Origin: an uncultured Alphaproteobacteria bacterium | Lineage (GTDB): Bacteria > Pseudomonadota > Alphaproteobacteria > Rhodospirillales > Defluviicoccaceae | Length of the DNA: 64,000 nucleotides | NCBI GenBank assembly: GCA_963786265.1 | Contig: CAWAYT010000003.1 | Span: 2,152-66,151 of the forward strand | Direction: 5' to 3' | Shown: piece after piece, positions 11,431 to 22,621 of the stretch | How the letters are laid out: the number at the start of each line of letters is the position of its first letter | How positions within the stretch are numbered: position 1 is the stretch's first letter | Notes under the pieces: model-generated | What the model was told of the DNA's origin: nothing | Seen by the model: only the letters and a program-made list of their open reading frames with translations | Database searches by the model: none | Position numbers and translations under genes: made by a program

Positions 11431-12441
11431 GGGTTCTCGTACGGCTTCCGACCCGGGCGCAGCCAGCACGATGCGCTGGACGCGTTGGTGGTCGGGATCA
11501 CCAGCACCAAGGTGAACTATATCTTGGATTGCGACATCCGGTCGTTCTTCGACGAAGTCAGCCAGGAATGGCTGATCCGCTTCTTGAACCACCGGATCGG
11601 CGATCCGCGCATCATCCGCCTGATCCAAAAATGGCTGAAGGCGGGCGTTCTCGAAGACGGGGTCGTGACGACCAGTGAGATGGGGACCGGGCAGGGATCG
11701 GTGGCCTCACCGCTGCTCGCCAACATCTACCTGCACTACGTGTTCGACCTCTGGGCCGAGCGTTGGCGACGGCGCGAGGCGACCGGCGACATGATCATCC
11801 TCCGCTATGCGGACGATATCGTCGTCGGCTTCGAGCACGAGGCCGAGGCCCGGCGCTTCTGGGACGCGATGCGCGCGCGGTTACAGGAGTTCTCCCTGTC
11901 GCTGCATCCGGATAAGACCCGCCTGATCGAGTTTGGCCGTCTTGCAGCGGACAGACGCGCCCGGCGCGGGCTCGGTAAACCGGAGACCTTCAACTTCCTG
12001 GGTTTTACCTTCATCTGCGGCCAGTCCCGCCGGGGCAAGTTCCTCCTCAAGCGGCGGACCCGGCGCGACCGCATGCGGGCAAGGCTCAGGGAGATCAAGG
12101 AGGAACTGCGACGGCGGATGCACCAGCCAATCCCGCAGCAGGGACAATGGCTGAGGCAGGTTGCGACCGGCTTCTTCGCCTATCACGCCGTGCCGACCAA
12201 CAGCGCGGCACTAGGCGCGTTCCGCCACCATGTCACCAACCTCTGGCGGCGTTCGCTGCAGCGACGCAGCCAAAAGGACGGCTGCACATGGCAGCGGATC
12301 GCGAAGCTGGCCGACGCCTGGCTCCCGAAACCCCGCATCCTTCATCCTTGGCCGAGCGACCGCTTCGCCGTCAAACACCCAAGGTGGGAGCCGTATGCCC
12401 GAATTGGGCACGTACGGATCTGTGCGGGGGGCGCTCAGTAA
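11431..12441 (+). pseudogene. ltrA: Group II intron reverse transcriptase/maturase, 5'-truncated
   Basis: SYGFRPGRS, DIRSFFD, GTGQGSVASPLLANIYL, RYADD, FNFLGF and X domain; RT0-1 missing; no En domain. Confidence 0.93.
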
Positions 12442-12460
12442 TGAGCGTCCCTACCGCGAT
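12388..12460 (+). ncRNA. Group II intron domains V-VI and 3' splice end
   Basis: GAGCCGTATGCCCGAATTGGGCACGTACGGATC (DV), then GGGGCGCTCAGTAATGAGCGTCCCTACC-GCGAT (DVI with bulged A, AT end). Confidence 0.9.
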
Positions 12461-12729
12461 CATGGGGTAATTGCGGTCGGCTGCTTTCCGGCGGCGTCAA
12501 GTCTGACAGGATTGGGCTTGGCATTGGCAAAGGAGAGCAGCCATGGGGCAGTATCTTATGGCGAGAAGCGGTCTCCAGACTGAGAACACTGCCCCCTGGG
12601 CAGCCAGCCACAGCTTGACCTGGCTGGATCTGACCGAGGTAGTTGATAACGTGTTTCTCGTGGCAAGGGTAATGTATAAAGCCGTATTAGGGCTGCATTT
12701 TCAACGACAACAACAGAAGAAGAAAAACG

Positions 12730-12993
12730 GCGGCGAATGGTCTTCGCATCCTTGCCCGTCTCACGGGCGATCGCAGCAACGGATAATCCCTGTCGATGAA
12801 GGTCGAGTATCATCATGAGCTCTCCAACTTTGACCACCGCCTCCCTCCCGTCGTCGTACCTTGACGGGAGTGATCCTCGGCGATCGATCGGCCACCCGCT
12901 CCGCCGGAACGCGTCCCGGCGGAGCGGGCCATCACACGCCAATCAGGGAATTTTCAATCGGCACATTCAGGGAGAATTCATCCGGTACTGACA
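12730..12993 (-). mobile_element. Truncated left end of a related IS21 copy
   Basis: Reverse complement closely matches 226-490 (TGTCAGTACCGGATGAATT...) with scattered substitutions. Confidence 0.92.
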
Positions 12994-13058
12994 TCGCCCT
13001 CCGGAATGAATCAGACGTCATCAGATGCTAGAAAATTCGCAGCAGGTAAACGCAGATC

Positions 13059-13677
13059 TTATGCGGCGGACGCGCGCGCCGAGTTCACCTCCCGCGCAAT
13101 GCGATCGCCGAGATCGGCGAGCACGGCCGCTGAGCGAAGCCGCATAAGCATCGTAGCCTTGGCCTTCGATGCGTCGCTGCAGCGTCTCGTCGGCGACGAG
13201 CAGCGCCCGCGCCGTCGACCGCGCGTAGAGCTGCCAGCGCGCCGCGAGGGTCGCCTCGCCGGTCGCGTCGACGTCGAAGCGGCTGACGTCGACGGCGATG
13301 CGGTAGTCGAAGCTGGCGTCGCCGATTTGCGGGAACGCGACGACACGGTCGGATGGCAGTCGCAATCGCCACGTCCTCGACGAGCACGCGCGGCAGCATA
13401 TCGTACAACGGCGCCGCCCATTGGTCATAGGCGGCGAGCTCGAGCTGATAGGCGCTCTTGCGCGTGACGATCTGCGGCCGGTCGATGTAGTCGGGCAAGG
13501 TTACCGGGCCGACGGCGACGACGGCGGGCGGCGATTGCGGCGACCGGGTGTCCGCCGCGGGCGCGCGCGGCAGACAGCGTGTACAGGTTGGTGGGCGGCG
13601 ATCCCGCGCAGCCGGCGACGAGGAGCGCCAGCAGGAGGCCGACGGGCCGGCGGATGATGCCGATGCGGGTCGTTCAT
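13059..13677 (-). CDS. pqiC: PqiC-family lipoprotein (frameshifted)
   Basis: LVAGC lipobox, VGPVTLPDYIDRPQIV and QWAAPL motifs. Confidence 0.85.
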
Positions 13678-13683
13678 GGGCGT

Positions 13684-15329
13684 TCAGGGAGCGGGCTTGC
13701 CGACGATGAGCGCATTCGGGTTCTTCTCCAGGAAGTCCGCCAGCGTGCGCAGCGAGCGCGCGGTCGTCGTCAGCTCCTTCAGCAGCCGCGCCAGGTCGTA
13801 GCGCAGCGCCGAGTCCGGCCCCACCGCCGCGCCGGCCGACTGCATCGTCGTACCGGCGTGCTCGAGCGTGACGCGGGCGGCCTCCGACGTGCTCTTCAGG
13901 CTTTCGAGCAGCGGCTTGACCTCGCGCAAGCCCTCGACGCCCTGCTTTACCGACGCGGACGCGAGCAGTCGGTCTGCCTGCTGCACGGTGTCGCGGAGGT
14001 CGGCGACCAGCTCGGCGACCGGCGCCTTGTCGAGCTTGTCGAGGAAAGCATTCACCTTGTCGCTCAGCACCTGGATGTCCGACGGCACGGTCGGAATTAC
14101 GGGTATGTTGTCCTCGTAGGTCAGAGCCGCCTTGGGCGCGTCCGGAAAAACCTGGAGCGCTACGATCATCTGCCCGGTCAAGAGATTGCCCGATTGCAGT
14201 TGGCCGCGCAGCCCGTGCTCGACCCACTTGGCCATGCGCTGGTTGGCGATCGCCGGCGTCGCAGGGGGTTCTCCCTTGATCGTCCAGCGCTGCGGCTCGA
14301 GCGAGATGGTGACCGGAATTCGTATCGTCAGTTTGATCGGGTCGGTCTCGAGATGGACGTCGGTGACCTCGCCCAACTTCATGCCCTCCAATACGACGGG
14401 CGCCCCCGGCTCGAGGCCCGAGACCGATCCCTCGAAGTAGAGGACGAACGGCATCTTGACCGTGTACTGAGCCTGCTGGATCGCGTCGTAAGAGGCGAAC
14501 AGCGGGAAGGTCGGCGTTGTCCTCGGCGAGCGGGCTGGCGCTTCCGCGGACCGGCGTGTCGAAGGCGATGCCGCCCATGAGGATCGCCTGCAACGATTCG
14601 GTGCGGACGTTCACGCCGGCGCCCGTCAGCGAGACATCGATGCCGCTGGCGTTCCAGAACCGGCTGTCCCGCCGGACGAACGCATCGTAGGGCGCGCGCA
14701 CGAACCCGAAGATGCTGACATCCTTGCCGTTCTCGTCGAGTTGATAGCCGAGCACGCCGCCGACCTCGATGCCGCGGAAGTAGATGGGCGAGCCGGGGGA
14801 GACGGAGCCCAGCTTCTCCGCCTGCAACGTCAGGCGCTTGCCGGGAACGTCCACCTGGTAGACGGGCGGGGTTTCCAGCGCCACGAAGTCCCGCGTCGGC
14901 TTGCCGGCGCCCGGCCGCATGCCGATGTAGGCGCCGGACAGCAGCGTGCCGAGGCCGGAGACGCCGCCGGCGGTGATGCGGGCGCTCTCGATCCAGAACT
15001 GGGTTTCCTCTCGCAATTCGTTCTCGGCGGCCTTCTCCATCCGCGCGGTGACGACGACATGCTGAAGATCGTCGCTGAGCGTGACGGACTCGACCAGGCC
15101 GAGCTGGACGTCCCGGTACTTGATCGGCGTCTTGCCCGGCTCGAGGCCCGATGCGGACTGGAAGGTGATGGTGATCGGTCGGCCCGCGTTCGGCGAAGGT
15201 CGTGTAGACGAGCCACGCGCCGGCGATCGCCGCGACGATCGGGATCAGCCAGACGAGCGAGAAGCGCCGCTTGCCCCCGACGGCGGCTTGCGGAAGCTCG
15301 GGCGGCGTCTGCGGTGCTGTTCGGATCAT
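13684..15329 (-). CDS. pqiB: PqiB multi-MCE protein (frameshifted)
   Basis: SLVWLIPIVA, LGTLLSGAYI, RFWNASG and SVSGLEPGAPV MCE motifs. Confidence 0.9.
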
Positions 15330-16620
15330 CGCTCATCGTTGGCCCCGGCGGCGTCCCACATCAGGCGCGGATCGAAGACCAACGCCGCGATCATCGTAAG
15401 CACGACCACGCTCGCGAAGGCAACAATCCCGACATTCGGCGTGATGCCGGCGATGGACCCGAGTTGAACGAGGGCGACGAGAACCGAGACGACGAATACA
15501 TCGACCATCGACCACCGCCCCACCGCCTCGACGATGCGGTAGATCAGGCGTCCGGTCCTTCAGTCGCCAACGCGATCGCCTGCGCACGGAGATCAGCAGA
15601 TACGCCCAGGAAAACCATCTTGAGCATCGGCACGAGGATGCTGGCGACGAAGACGATCAGCGCGAGCGGCCACATGTTCGCGGCGATGAGCTCCTTGACG
15701 CCGCCGATGATCGTCGACGGTTCGCCGTGACCGAGTGAACTGAAGGTCATCACCGGGTAGACGTTGGCGGGGATGTAGAGCAAAGCCGAAGTGATCAGCA
15801 GCGCCCAGGTTCGGTCGATGCTGTTCGGCTTGCGCCGGTGCAAGGACGAGCCGCAGCGCGGGCAGAGCGCGTCATGCTCCGACGGTCCCTGCGGCAGGCG
15901 GGAGACGAGCTGGCAACAATGACACCCGACCAGCTGCCGGCGTTCCCGGCGGTCGGGCACCGCAACACGCGGCGCGCGGCACAGCCTCTCCCAGACGTCG
16001 TGCGGATCGACGGCCGAGTCGGCGGCGATCATTACCAGGATCAGGCCGACGAACGCGATCAGCGAGGGGCCGATCTCCACCGTGGCGAGGTCGATCAGCT
16101 TGGTGTAGGCGACGAGCACGCCGAGCAGGAAGATCTCCATCATCGCCCAGGGGTGCAACCTGTCGAAAAGGCGGTACAAGGCGTTGGCGCCGGGTAGTTT
16201 ACGGCCGAATGTGAGCGGCCCGACGACAGCCAGGCCAATGAGGATCTTCAGCAGCGGGAAGACGACAACGAACAGGATGATGGCGACAGCGATCTCCGGC
16301 ATGCCCTTGCGGTACAGATCGATGGCTCCGGAAATCAAATGGCTCGACTGCAATTGTCCCTGCACCTTCAACGTCAGGAACGGAAACGCATTGGCGATGA
16401 CGAGAAGAAGCAGGGCCGCCAGATAGAGTATGAACGCGCGCTCGAAACCGTGCGGCTTGTAGGCGAACAGCGTGGCGCCGCATCGTGAGCACGTCGCGCT
16501 CGTATCCGGCGGCACCGATCCGACGCTCTGCAGGAGGTCGCACTCGTGACAGCGGATTAAGAGGGCTCCGCCATTAGATCCGGCCGTCCCGGCGCGTGGT
16601 ATCCTGGTTTGAACGAACAA
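15326..16620 (-). CDS. pqiA: PqiA paraquat-inducible membrane protein, two domains (frameshifted)
   Basis: Two CxxC..CxRC zinc ribbons; PWAMMEIF and GRWSMVDVFV motifs. Confidence 0.92.
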
Positions 16621-16869
16621 GTCGAACCTGCCGCAGTCCTCGATGGCGCCCTAGGAGAGGAGACGGGCGACGCTAATAGGTGATCCAGCGGGCGTCCAGT
16701 GCCGCTAAACGAAGATTGTGCCCCGGTTTGTACAGTGCCGGTCGCCGAGGACGTATCAACCGACGTGGTCGCATCATCGCTCCTGATTGAAGCTGCATTC
16801 TCGGCGTCCGCCGACGGTAATAGGGTGACCTATTCACCGTCGGTTCCCGGTCGGGGCTTGGGGATTGAT

Positions 16870-17788
16870 CTAAAGTCCAGCGCCCCAACGGAACTGCCAA
16901 GCTACTCCAACCTGGTCGTAGTCGGTGCCGGTCTTCGAGTACACGCCCGTGCTGCCATACAACTTCACAGAATTGCGAATATTCACCGGGATAGTCAAGG
17001 TCAGGCCGACGCGAGCGTTTTCCTTGCTTTCTCCTTTTCTTCCGTCGATGGTCGGTTGGCCGCCGGCGTAATAAAGCCCGTCGAGTCCCAGCCACAAGCC
17101 GGGGGTGAAGGAATAAATGAGATGGGATTGCACCGAGTAGAGCGGGCTCAACTCGAGGGTTTTCCCGTCCAGAAAATCATTGTTGTCCGTGTAAAAGCGA
17201 ACACCGAGCGGCGAGCTCCAGGGTTATCGGCTCTAAACTCTTGGAGATGCCGATCGCGGGCTTGAACGACCACCGATTGGTGCCGAGATTGAGCAGCTTA
17301 TCCGAGTCGTATTGACTGAATGGCGCAGTGGCTTCGAGACTTACGCCGATGATCCAATCCGGCGTGTAGTCGCGAAATTCTTCGAGCGACAATGCCGGCC
17401 CGCCATAAAGCAGCGTGGAGAAGCGAAAGCGGGGATCGGCGAGCCCAGAGACGTCTCGCGTATTCTTCTGGCCGGCGAATTCGGCGCTCCCGAATGCCCA
17501 AGAGTAGGGCAATATGACATCGACCTTCCCCGACCGCCCCCAGACGTCTAGGCTGCGGACGTAAGCGAGGACAGCGGTATGGAACGTGACTTCGGTATCC
17601 TCCAGAGGAACCGACGGGTCGGTCCCCACGGTGCCTTCCGTATAAGCATAACCCCCGATCAGAAAGTTAATCCCAACCGGCGTATTGGCGAAGGCCCTCG
17701 GCTCGATATCCTGGGCATGGGCCGCAATGCTCGCCGACCCCAACGCGAGCGCGAGGATGAACCAGCGCAAGACGCGCGCATAAGGCAT
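16870..17788 (-). CDS. Outer-membrane beta-barrel transporter, MetA-pathway-like (frameshifted)
   Basis: Signal peptide, QDIEPRAFANTPVGIN, GLADP, NLGTNRW and a C-terminal WQFRW strand. Confidence 0.78.
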
Positions 17789-18107
17789 TGTCGCGGGCTT
17801 TCCGGGAATTTCTATCGTCCAATCGGCGGTCGGCAGACGCCTGGTCTGCCATAAACCGTTCGCAGTCATAATTGACGCTTTCGAGGTCCGCAAATCAGGA
17901 CACTGTAGCCGTCCAATGCTGGCGAAAAATGCCAGCTCGGCCCGCGAACGCAGAGCCATCCTACCGACATGCTCGTGCAGCTTTCCGGTAGCTTTGACCT
18001 CCGCACCTGCGCCTGTTCCCCGGTGACCGCTGTCGTCGGCCAGGCGCAGATCTAAGAAAGCATCATTGGCAGTTAAGTCGCGCAGTGCGGGCGCAAGCGC
18101 GGTTAAG

Positions 18108-18347
18108 CTATCTGAGTGCTTCGGCCGCCTTCAGATAGGACTCGCATGCGATAGCCTTCGTCTGATCGCCACCCGCATCCTTAACGCAGTCCTGATACTT
18201 CTCTATCAACTCCAGCCGCTGCTCGGCGATCCGCTCCTGCGCCTCGTAAGCCCGTTCCTGGGCACGGTCAGCCTGTCTTGCGGATGAGCCACAGCCGGAC
18301 ATCAGACCGGCCAGACCGAAGCACGCGACCGTCACGAGGAGGCGCAT
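18108..18347 (-). CDS. Small coiled-coil lipoprotein
   Basis: LMSGC lipobox; two further Cys residues. Confidence 0.65.
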   Translation of the reverse strand: MRLLVTVACFGLAGLMSGCGSSARQADRAQERAYEAQERIAEQRLELIEKYQDCVKDAGGDQTKAIACESYLKAAEALR

Positions 18348-18508
18348 CGGAACTTTTCCTCTTATAGCTGTTGCTTTGGCAATGGATTCCACCTTGCCAA
18401 CTCAGTTGCCGCCGTCCTGGACGGCGGCATTACATCAAGCGCACGGCTCCTGCGCGTTGCGATCCTCCCGCGAGGTCGCCTGGTCGGTAGGGGCGATCCT
18501 AATCTGAG

Positions 18509-18895
18509 TCATCGGCTGCGCAACCAGGCAAGCGCGTCCTCTCGCTGCCCGGGCGCGAAGAACCGAACGACTGCCTGCTTGGCGATGTCGGCGAGCCGAG
18601 GTTCTTCATCGGCAAACTGGGCGCCGGCGATGACCGCCACCTTGCGGATGGCATCGCCGATCGTCTTGGTGGTCAACGTGCCGAGCGTCTTCGCACCTTT
18701 TTCCCACCCTTCGAGATCTTGCCAATCCACCAGCATGCTGAAGCCGCCGCGCTCGCCGCCCCGCAGATGCACGCCAACAGCAGGGTAGCGGGCCTGCAAC
18801 GCGTCGATCGCTCCGTCGATATCGGATTCGCTGATCATCCCCTTCATCTCGACCACGAGCACACGAGCGGCATCATCGATCTTAAGGTTGATCAT
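18509..18895 (-). CDS. STAS/SEC14 (SpoIIAA-like) protein
   Basis: MLVDWQDLEGW, IRKVAVIA and VRFF..REDALAWL motifs; GGAGG RBS. Confidence 0.82.
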   Translation of the reverse strand: MINLKIDDAARVLVVEMKGMISESDIDGAIDALQARYPAVGVHLRGGERGGFSMLVDWQDLEGWEKGAKTLGTLTTKTIGDAIRKVAVIAGAQFADEEPRLADIAKQAVVRFFAPGQREDALAWLRSR

Positions 18896-19472
18896 CGTCC
18901 CTCCTTCAGTCTCGCCCACACACGACGTTGGCCGGCATGGCGGTTGCCATGCGACGAAGTATTGCCATTTTGCTGATGCAAACGAGCATTTTCGAAAGGC
19001 GGGCGATACGATGTATATCGAGGGCGGTTCTCACGTCGTCAGCTAGCTGCAACGGCGCATTCAAAGTTCACTTCATCGTCAATGAAAGGACGGAGCGCGA
19101 ATGCAGACTGATGACACTGTTTGAACGCGTCGACTGCCTTTTGAACCTCTCAGGATTGTCACCCCCCTTCCGAGGTTATGGCACACGTTGGACTATAAAA
19201 TCCCCTTCAATGAGGGTGCGGATCACTATCACGGAAGAAAACGCATCATCAACATAAAGATATAATTCTGGCCGCTAGCCGGTGGCCACAGTATACTTAA
19301 ATAAGTCATACTGGAGCAGCACCTATGTGGTGGTGTCAACGTAAATTAAAATTATTCTATCCTATTGTCTTCTTGCTGATTGTGGCTTGTATGTCGCCGG
19401 CGTTTGCCCAAGCGCCGCAAACAAAAGGGCCGTCGGTCGCGTGCGGAACAGGCAAAAAGCGTCATCCGCAAC

Positions 19473-19708
19473 GCATTGAAAATAAAGCACAAAAACGGAG
19501 ACGGTTAGATCGGGGTTGCTTTCCCTCCGCCAGTTCGACAGCTCGGGAAATTCTCTCTGCACTTTCGAGCGCGAGAAAAGCACGTTATATCAAAGGCACT
19601 TACCGAATGGGCTGAGTACCGCCCCCGCCGCCTGAAGCCCGTTTTCCCTCTCTCTTCGGCCGTTTTCTCCGCAGGCTGGGAACTGCGCCAATTTAGTACC
19701 CAGCTTGG
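19473..19708 (+). repeat. Island-end repeat, copy 1 (left part)
   Basis: Aligns with 59840-60075; shares CCGTTTTCTCCGCAGGCTGGGAACTGCGCCAATTTAGTACCCAGCTTG. Confidence 0.85.
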
Positions 19709-19892
19709 GGTTTGCTGCTAGATCAAGCGAGTAGCCACCGGCGCAACCTGGCCAAGTTCGAGAGTGCGACTGGGTGTCGGAAGGTTCCGGGAATGTTCTC
19801 TCGCGTGCCCAGCTGTGACATCTTGTGGACCTCCGCATCATAAGCTGAGCAAGAGATGCGATTCGATCGCCGCAAGCAGAGACCAACATCAT

Positions 19893-20132
19893 TCATCTTC
19901 GTAGTTCTAAAAGCTGCGGAAAATACACGTCGCGCCGATCATAGACAGCGGCCTTCTGGTACGGACAATCGGCAGCGAGCCGATGGCGAACATCGGGTAA
20001 CCGTGTCTCTTTTCCATACCGCTCGATCATGCGCGTGAGGCGTTCGCGTCCATAGGGGTCGCATTTTGTGCAGCGGATCTCAAGAAGGTGAAGGCTGCCC
20101 TCGAGCTCACCGACGGTGAGTGACCCTTTCAT
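19893..20132 (-). CDS. Small CxxC hypothetical protein
   Basis: LEIRCTKCD..GR...LAADCP. Confidence 0.55.
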   Translation of the reverse strand: MKGSLTVGELEGSLHLLEIRCTKCDPYGRERLTRMIERYGKETRLPDVRHRLAADCPYQKAAVYDRRDVYFPQLLELRR

Positions 20133-20334
20133 TTTTGGCACCGAGAGCGCTGACTCCATGTCGCGGGGGCGTGCCCGCACGAGTGGTGGATCGGCAAGCC
20201 CGAAATTACGTCGCCGCAGTCCTCCGCCTCGCGAAGCGTCACTCGGGACGGGGGTGCGGGATGTCTCCCCAGAAGTACGGCGGACAAGGGCCTTGAGGGA
20301 TGGTCTCAGCGAGCTGCACTTGTGCATACTTGGT

Positions 20335-20395
20335 GTCGGTCTACAGCCTTCTCGCCGGCTACGAGGACCTCAACGACGGCGAACGGCTCGCCGTC
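20335..20395 (+). pseudogene. IS1380-type transposase fragment
   Basis: SVYSLLAGYEDLNDGERL. Confidence 0.5.
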
Positions 20396-20581
20396 ATCCG
20401 GCGAGGCCGGATTTGTCCGCTCCGGCACGACTGGGCGTCAGCCTGACGTCCGGAATCAAAGGCGTCGATATTGGCTGTCGGGCACCAATCTCGTAGCCCG
20501 GATGCGGCGCGTCGCCAATCCGGAAAGAAATTTGTCATGTCTTGGCAGCACTTGAACACACCAGCACGTGGAGGAAGTAAT

Positions 20582-21133
20582 ATGTTCCCTAGTCCAACCC
20601 GCATGTTCTTGACCAAGGGTTTGGGCGTCCATCGCCATGCCCTCGTTGCGTTCGAGTTCGCATTACGCGACGCTGATATCGAGCAGCAGAACCTAGTTTA
20701 TGTGTCGTCCATTCTTCCGCCGCGCTGCGAGGTTATCACCCGCGAAGCAGGGGTCGAATTGCTCAGGCCTGGGGATATCACCTTCTGCGTCTTGGCCCGG
20801 TCAGAAACCAATGAATTCGGGCGCCATGTCTACGCCAGCATCGGTTTGGCCAGACCGGCGGATCCGGACATGTATGGATATATTTCGGAGCAACATGGAT
20901 ACGGCATGACCGCCGAGGCGAGCGGTGAACAGGCCGAGGATCTCGCCGCGACCATGCTGGCCTCGACACTCGGCCTGGATTTTGATCCCGAGGCCGCGTG
21001 GAACGAGCGCAAACAGATATACGAACACAGCAGCCTAATCATCGACAGTACGTCGATCACGGCCGCCGCCGAATGCGGCTCGGACAATCAGTGGACTTGT
21101 GCGATCGCCGCCGCCGTGTTCCTGTTTTCCTAG
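20582..21133 (+). CDS. pdaD: Pyruvoyl-dependent arginine decarboxylase
   Basis: FEFALRDADI..NLVYVSSILPP (Ser-Ser autocleavage site) and YGYISE; GGAGG RBS. Confidence 0.88.
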   Translation: MFPSPTRMFLTKGLGVHRHALVAFEFALRDADIEQQNLVYVSSILPPRCEVITREAGVELLRPGDITFCVLARSETNEFGRHVYASIGLARPADPDMYGYISEQHGYGMTAEASGEQAEDLAATMLASTLGLDFDPEAAWNERKQIYEHSSLIIDSTSITAAAECGSDNQWTCAIAAAVFLFS

Positions 21134-21254
21134 TCGCGCCTGCTCCATCCGCACTTGGTTCTATGTCAGCGTTCCCACTCACTTCCGCCTTCCTTTCGAC
21201 ACTCACTCTACCGCGTGTGGCTTCCAAGGCGGTCTGCACAACGTCCGCGTTTGA

Positions 21255-21512
21255 TTAGATCTTACGGCGACCCATCACTGCGTGGTAGGCGACGAGCACG
21301 ACGATCGCCCCGATGACGGCCACGATCATGCTGTAGACATTTAGTCCGGTGACGGGAGCAGCCCCGACGAGTGAGAAGAGAAAGCCGCCCACGACGGCCC
21401 CGACAATGCCGAGGACGATGTCGAGAATGATCCCCTCACCGGTCTTGTTGATGATCTTGCTCGCAATAAAACCGGCGATCAGTCCGAGAATGAGCCATCC
21501 GATGATCGACAT
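21255..21512 (-). CDS. GlsB/YeaQ/YmgE (transglycosylase-associated) stress membrane protein
   Basis: MSIIGWLILGLIAGFIASKI...GIVGAVVGG. Confidence 0.92.
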   Translation of the reverse strand: MSIIGWLILGLIAGFIASKIINKTGEGIILDIVLGIVGAVVGGFLFSLVGAAPVTGLNVYSMIVAVIGAIVVLVAYHAVMGRRKI

Positions 21513-21631
21513 ATCGTTTCCTTTCGATACGATGTAGCGGGAAGCGCTCGAACGCCGTTCTCAGCAACGGCTTCGAGCCCGTCTAGGTCAGGACTTCTTC
21601 GCGCAACGAAATGCCACGGCGTCGGGCTCGC

Positions 21632-21823
21632 TCAGCGGCGTCGCTTGCGCTTAACCGCGGCTAGCCAAGCACTGGTCCAGAAGCGGGTTGCCTGCTTGGT
21701 TAGCGCAGCTTGTTGTCTGTTCGCCTCCGCCGTCGCGTGGCCGCGCGCACGGCTGGCCACCGCGTTGGCGGCGCTCAACCACATGCTCATGAAGGGGTTC
21801 TTCTTCGTCCATGGGTTCGCCAC
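21632..21823 (-). CDS. Small basic hypothetical protein
   Basis: MANPWTKKNPFMSMWLSAAN...; GTG start after GGAG. Confidence 0.55.
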   Translation of the reverse strand: MANPWTKKNPFMSMWLSAANAVASRARGHATAEANRQQAALTKQATRFWTSAWLAAVKRKRRR

Positions 21824-21954
21824 TGGCGAGGTCTCCGATCGGGGTCCATGCGCGCGCAAAGCCGCAACGCAGCAGAGTGCCAGACCGTTCCGGATCGCCC
21901 TATCTGTGCGACGACCATGCGTTCGCGGCATGAGAGCGGCCGGCGTTAGCTTAC

Positions 21955-22420
21955 TCATTGCGATGATGCCGGCCTGATCCAGAGGAGGCCACCCTTCTGT
22001 CCCGCAAGCGCCCATTCGGCGGCCGGTGGCGGACGCAGCATCGCCTGAAGAAGCTTGGTATCGGGGATCCAGTATGGAATGTACCACTCGCGGTCCACGT
22101 CCATGATTAGGACCTGCCCAGCCTCCTGATCGTAGGCGGCGATCGGCGAAATATGCGGCCCGTCCCAATCGCCCGTGAATACGCCCTGATTAAAGTGGCC
22201 AGAATATGTCGTGATCCGTGGCCTCGTTCGTCGCGAGCGCGTGTTGCACCTTAGCGAGAGATTCGGCCGTGTTATGGGTAGGACGGATCACCTTGACGAC
22301 ATACTTCTGAAGCCGGAAGGCCGCGAGACTCGATATGAACTCAGCAAAAGTGACGCCGCTGCCTCGTTCGGCGGGCCTCTTTGATCCACTTCCGGTCGCG
22401 ACCTTCTTCAGACGGCTGGA
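21955..22420 (-). pseudogene. Phytochelatin-synthase-family (papain-fold) relic, 5'-truncated
   Basis: HFNQGVFTGDWDGPHISPIAAYD..VLIMDVDREWYIPYW (His/Asp catalytic region); catalytic Cys region not found. Not in the ORF track. Confidence 0.65.
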
Positions 22421-22621
22421 GCCACTGATCCGCGAGGCTTGGGAGCCCTCGGATGAAGTTCAGAGTCATCAAGGCCATACGCGCACAAATGTACCCTCAA
22501 TGCCGAAGAGAAACTCTATGCGCTCGGGCGGCCGATTGGCCGTCCGGAACCCTTTCAACTGCCTAGTCCGATGTCAGGTTCGCCCAACTGGTTGGAGACC
22601 GGTGGCGAGGGTTGGCGACCG

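Noticed and set aside
11320-12441. Retron, DGR or defence-associated RT
   Set aside because: The X domain and adjoining DV/DVI identify a group II intron; no TR/VR pair or msr-msd was seen. The first ~37 codons of the track ORF are unrelated sequence.
20135-20580. Riboswitch or leader RNA upstream of pdaD
   Set aside because: No recognisable aptamer; part of the region is a transposase fragment.
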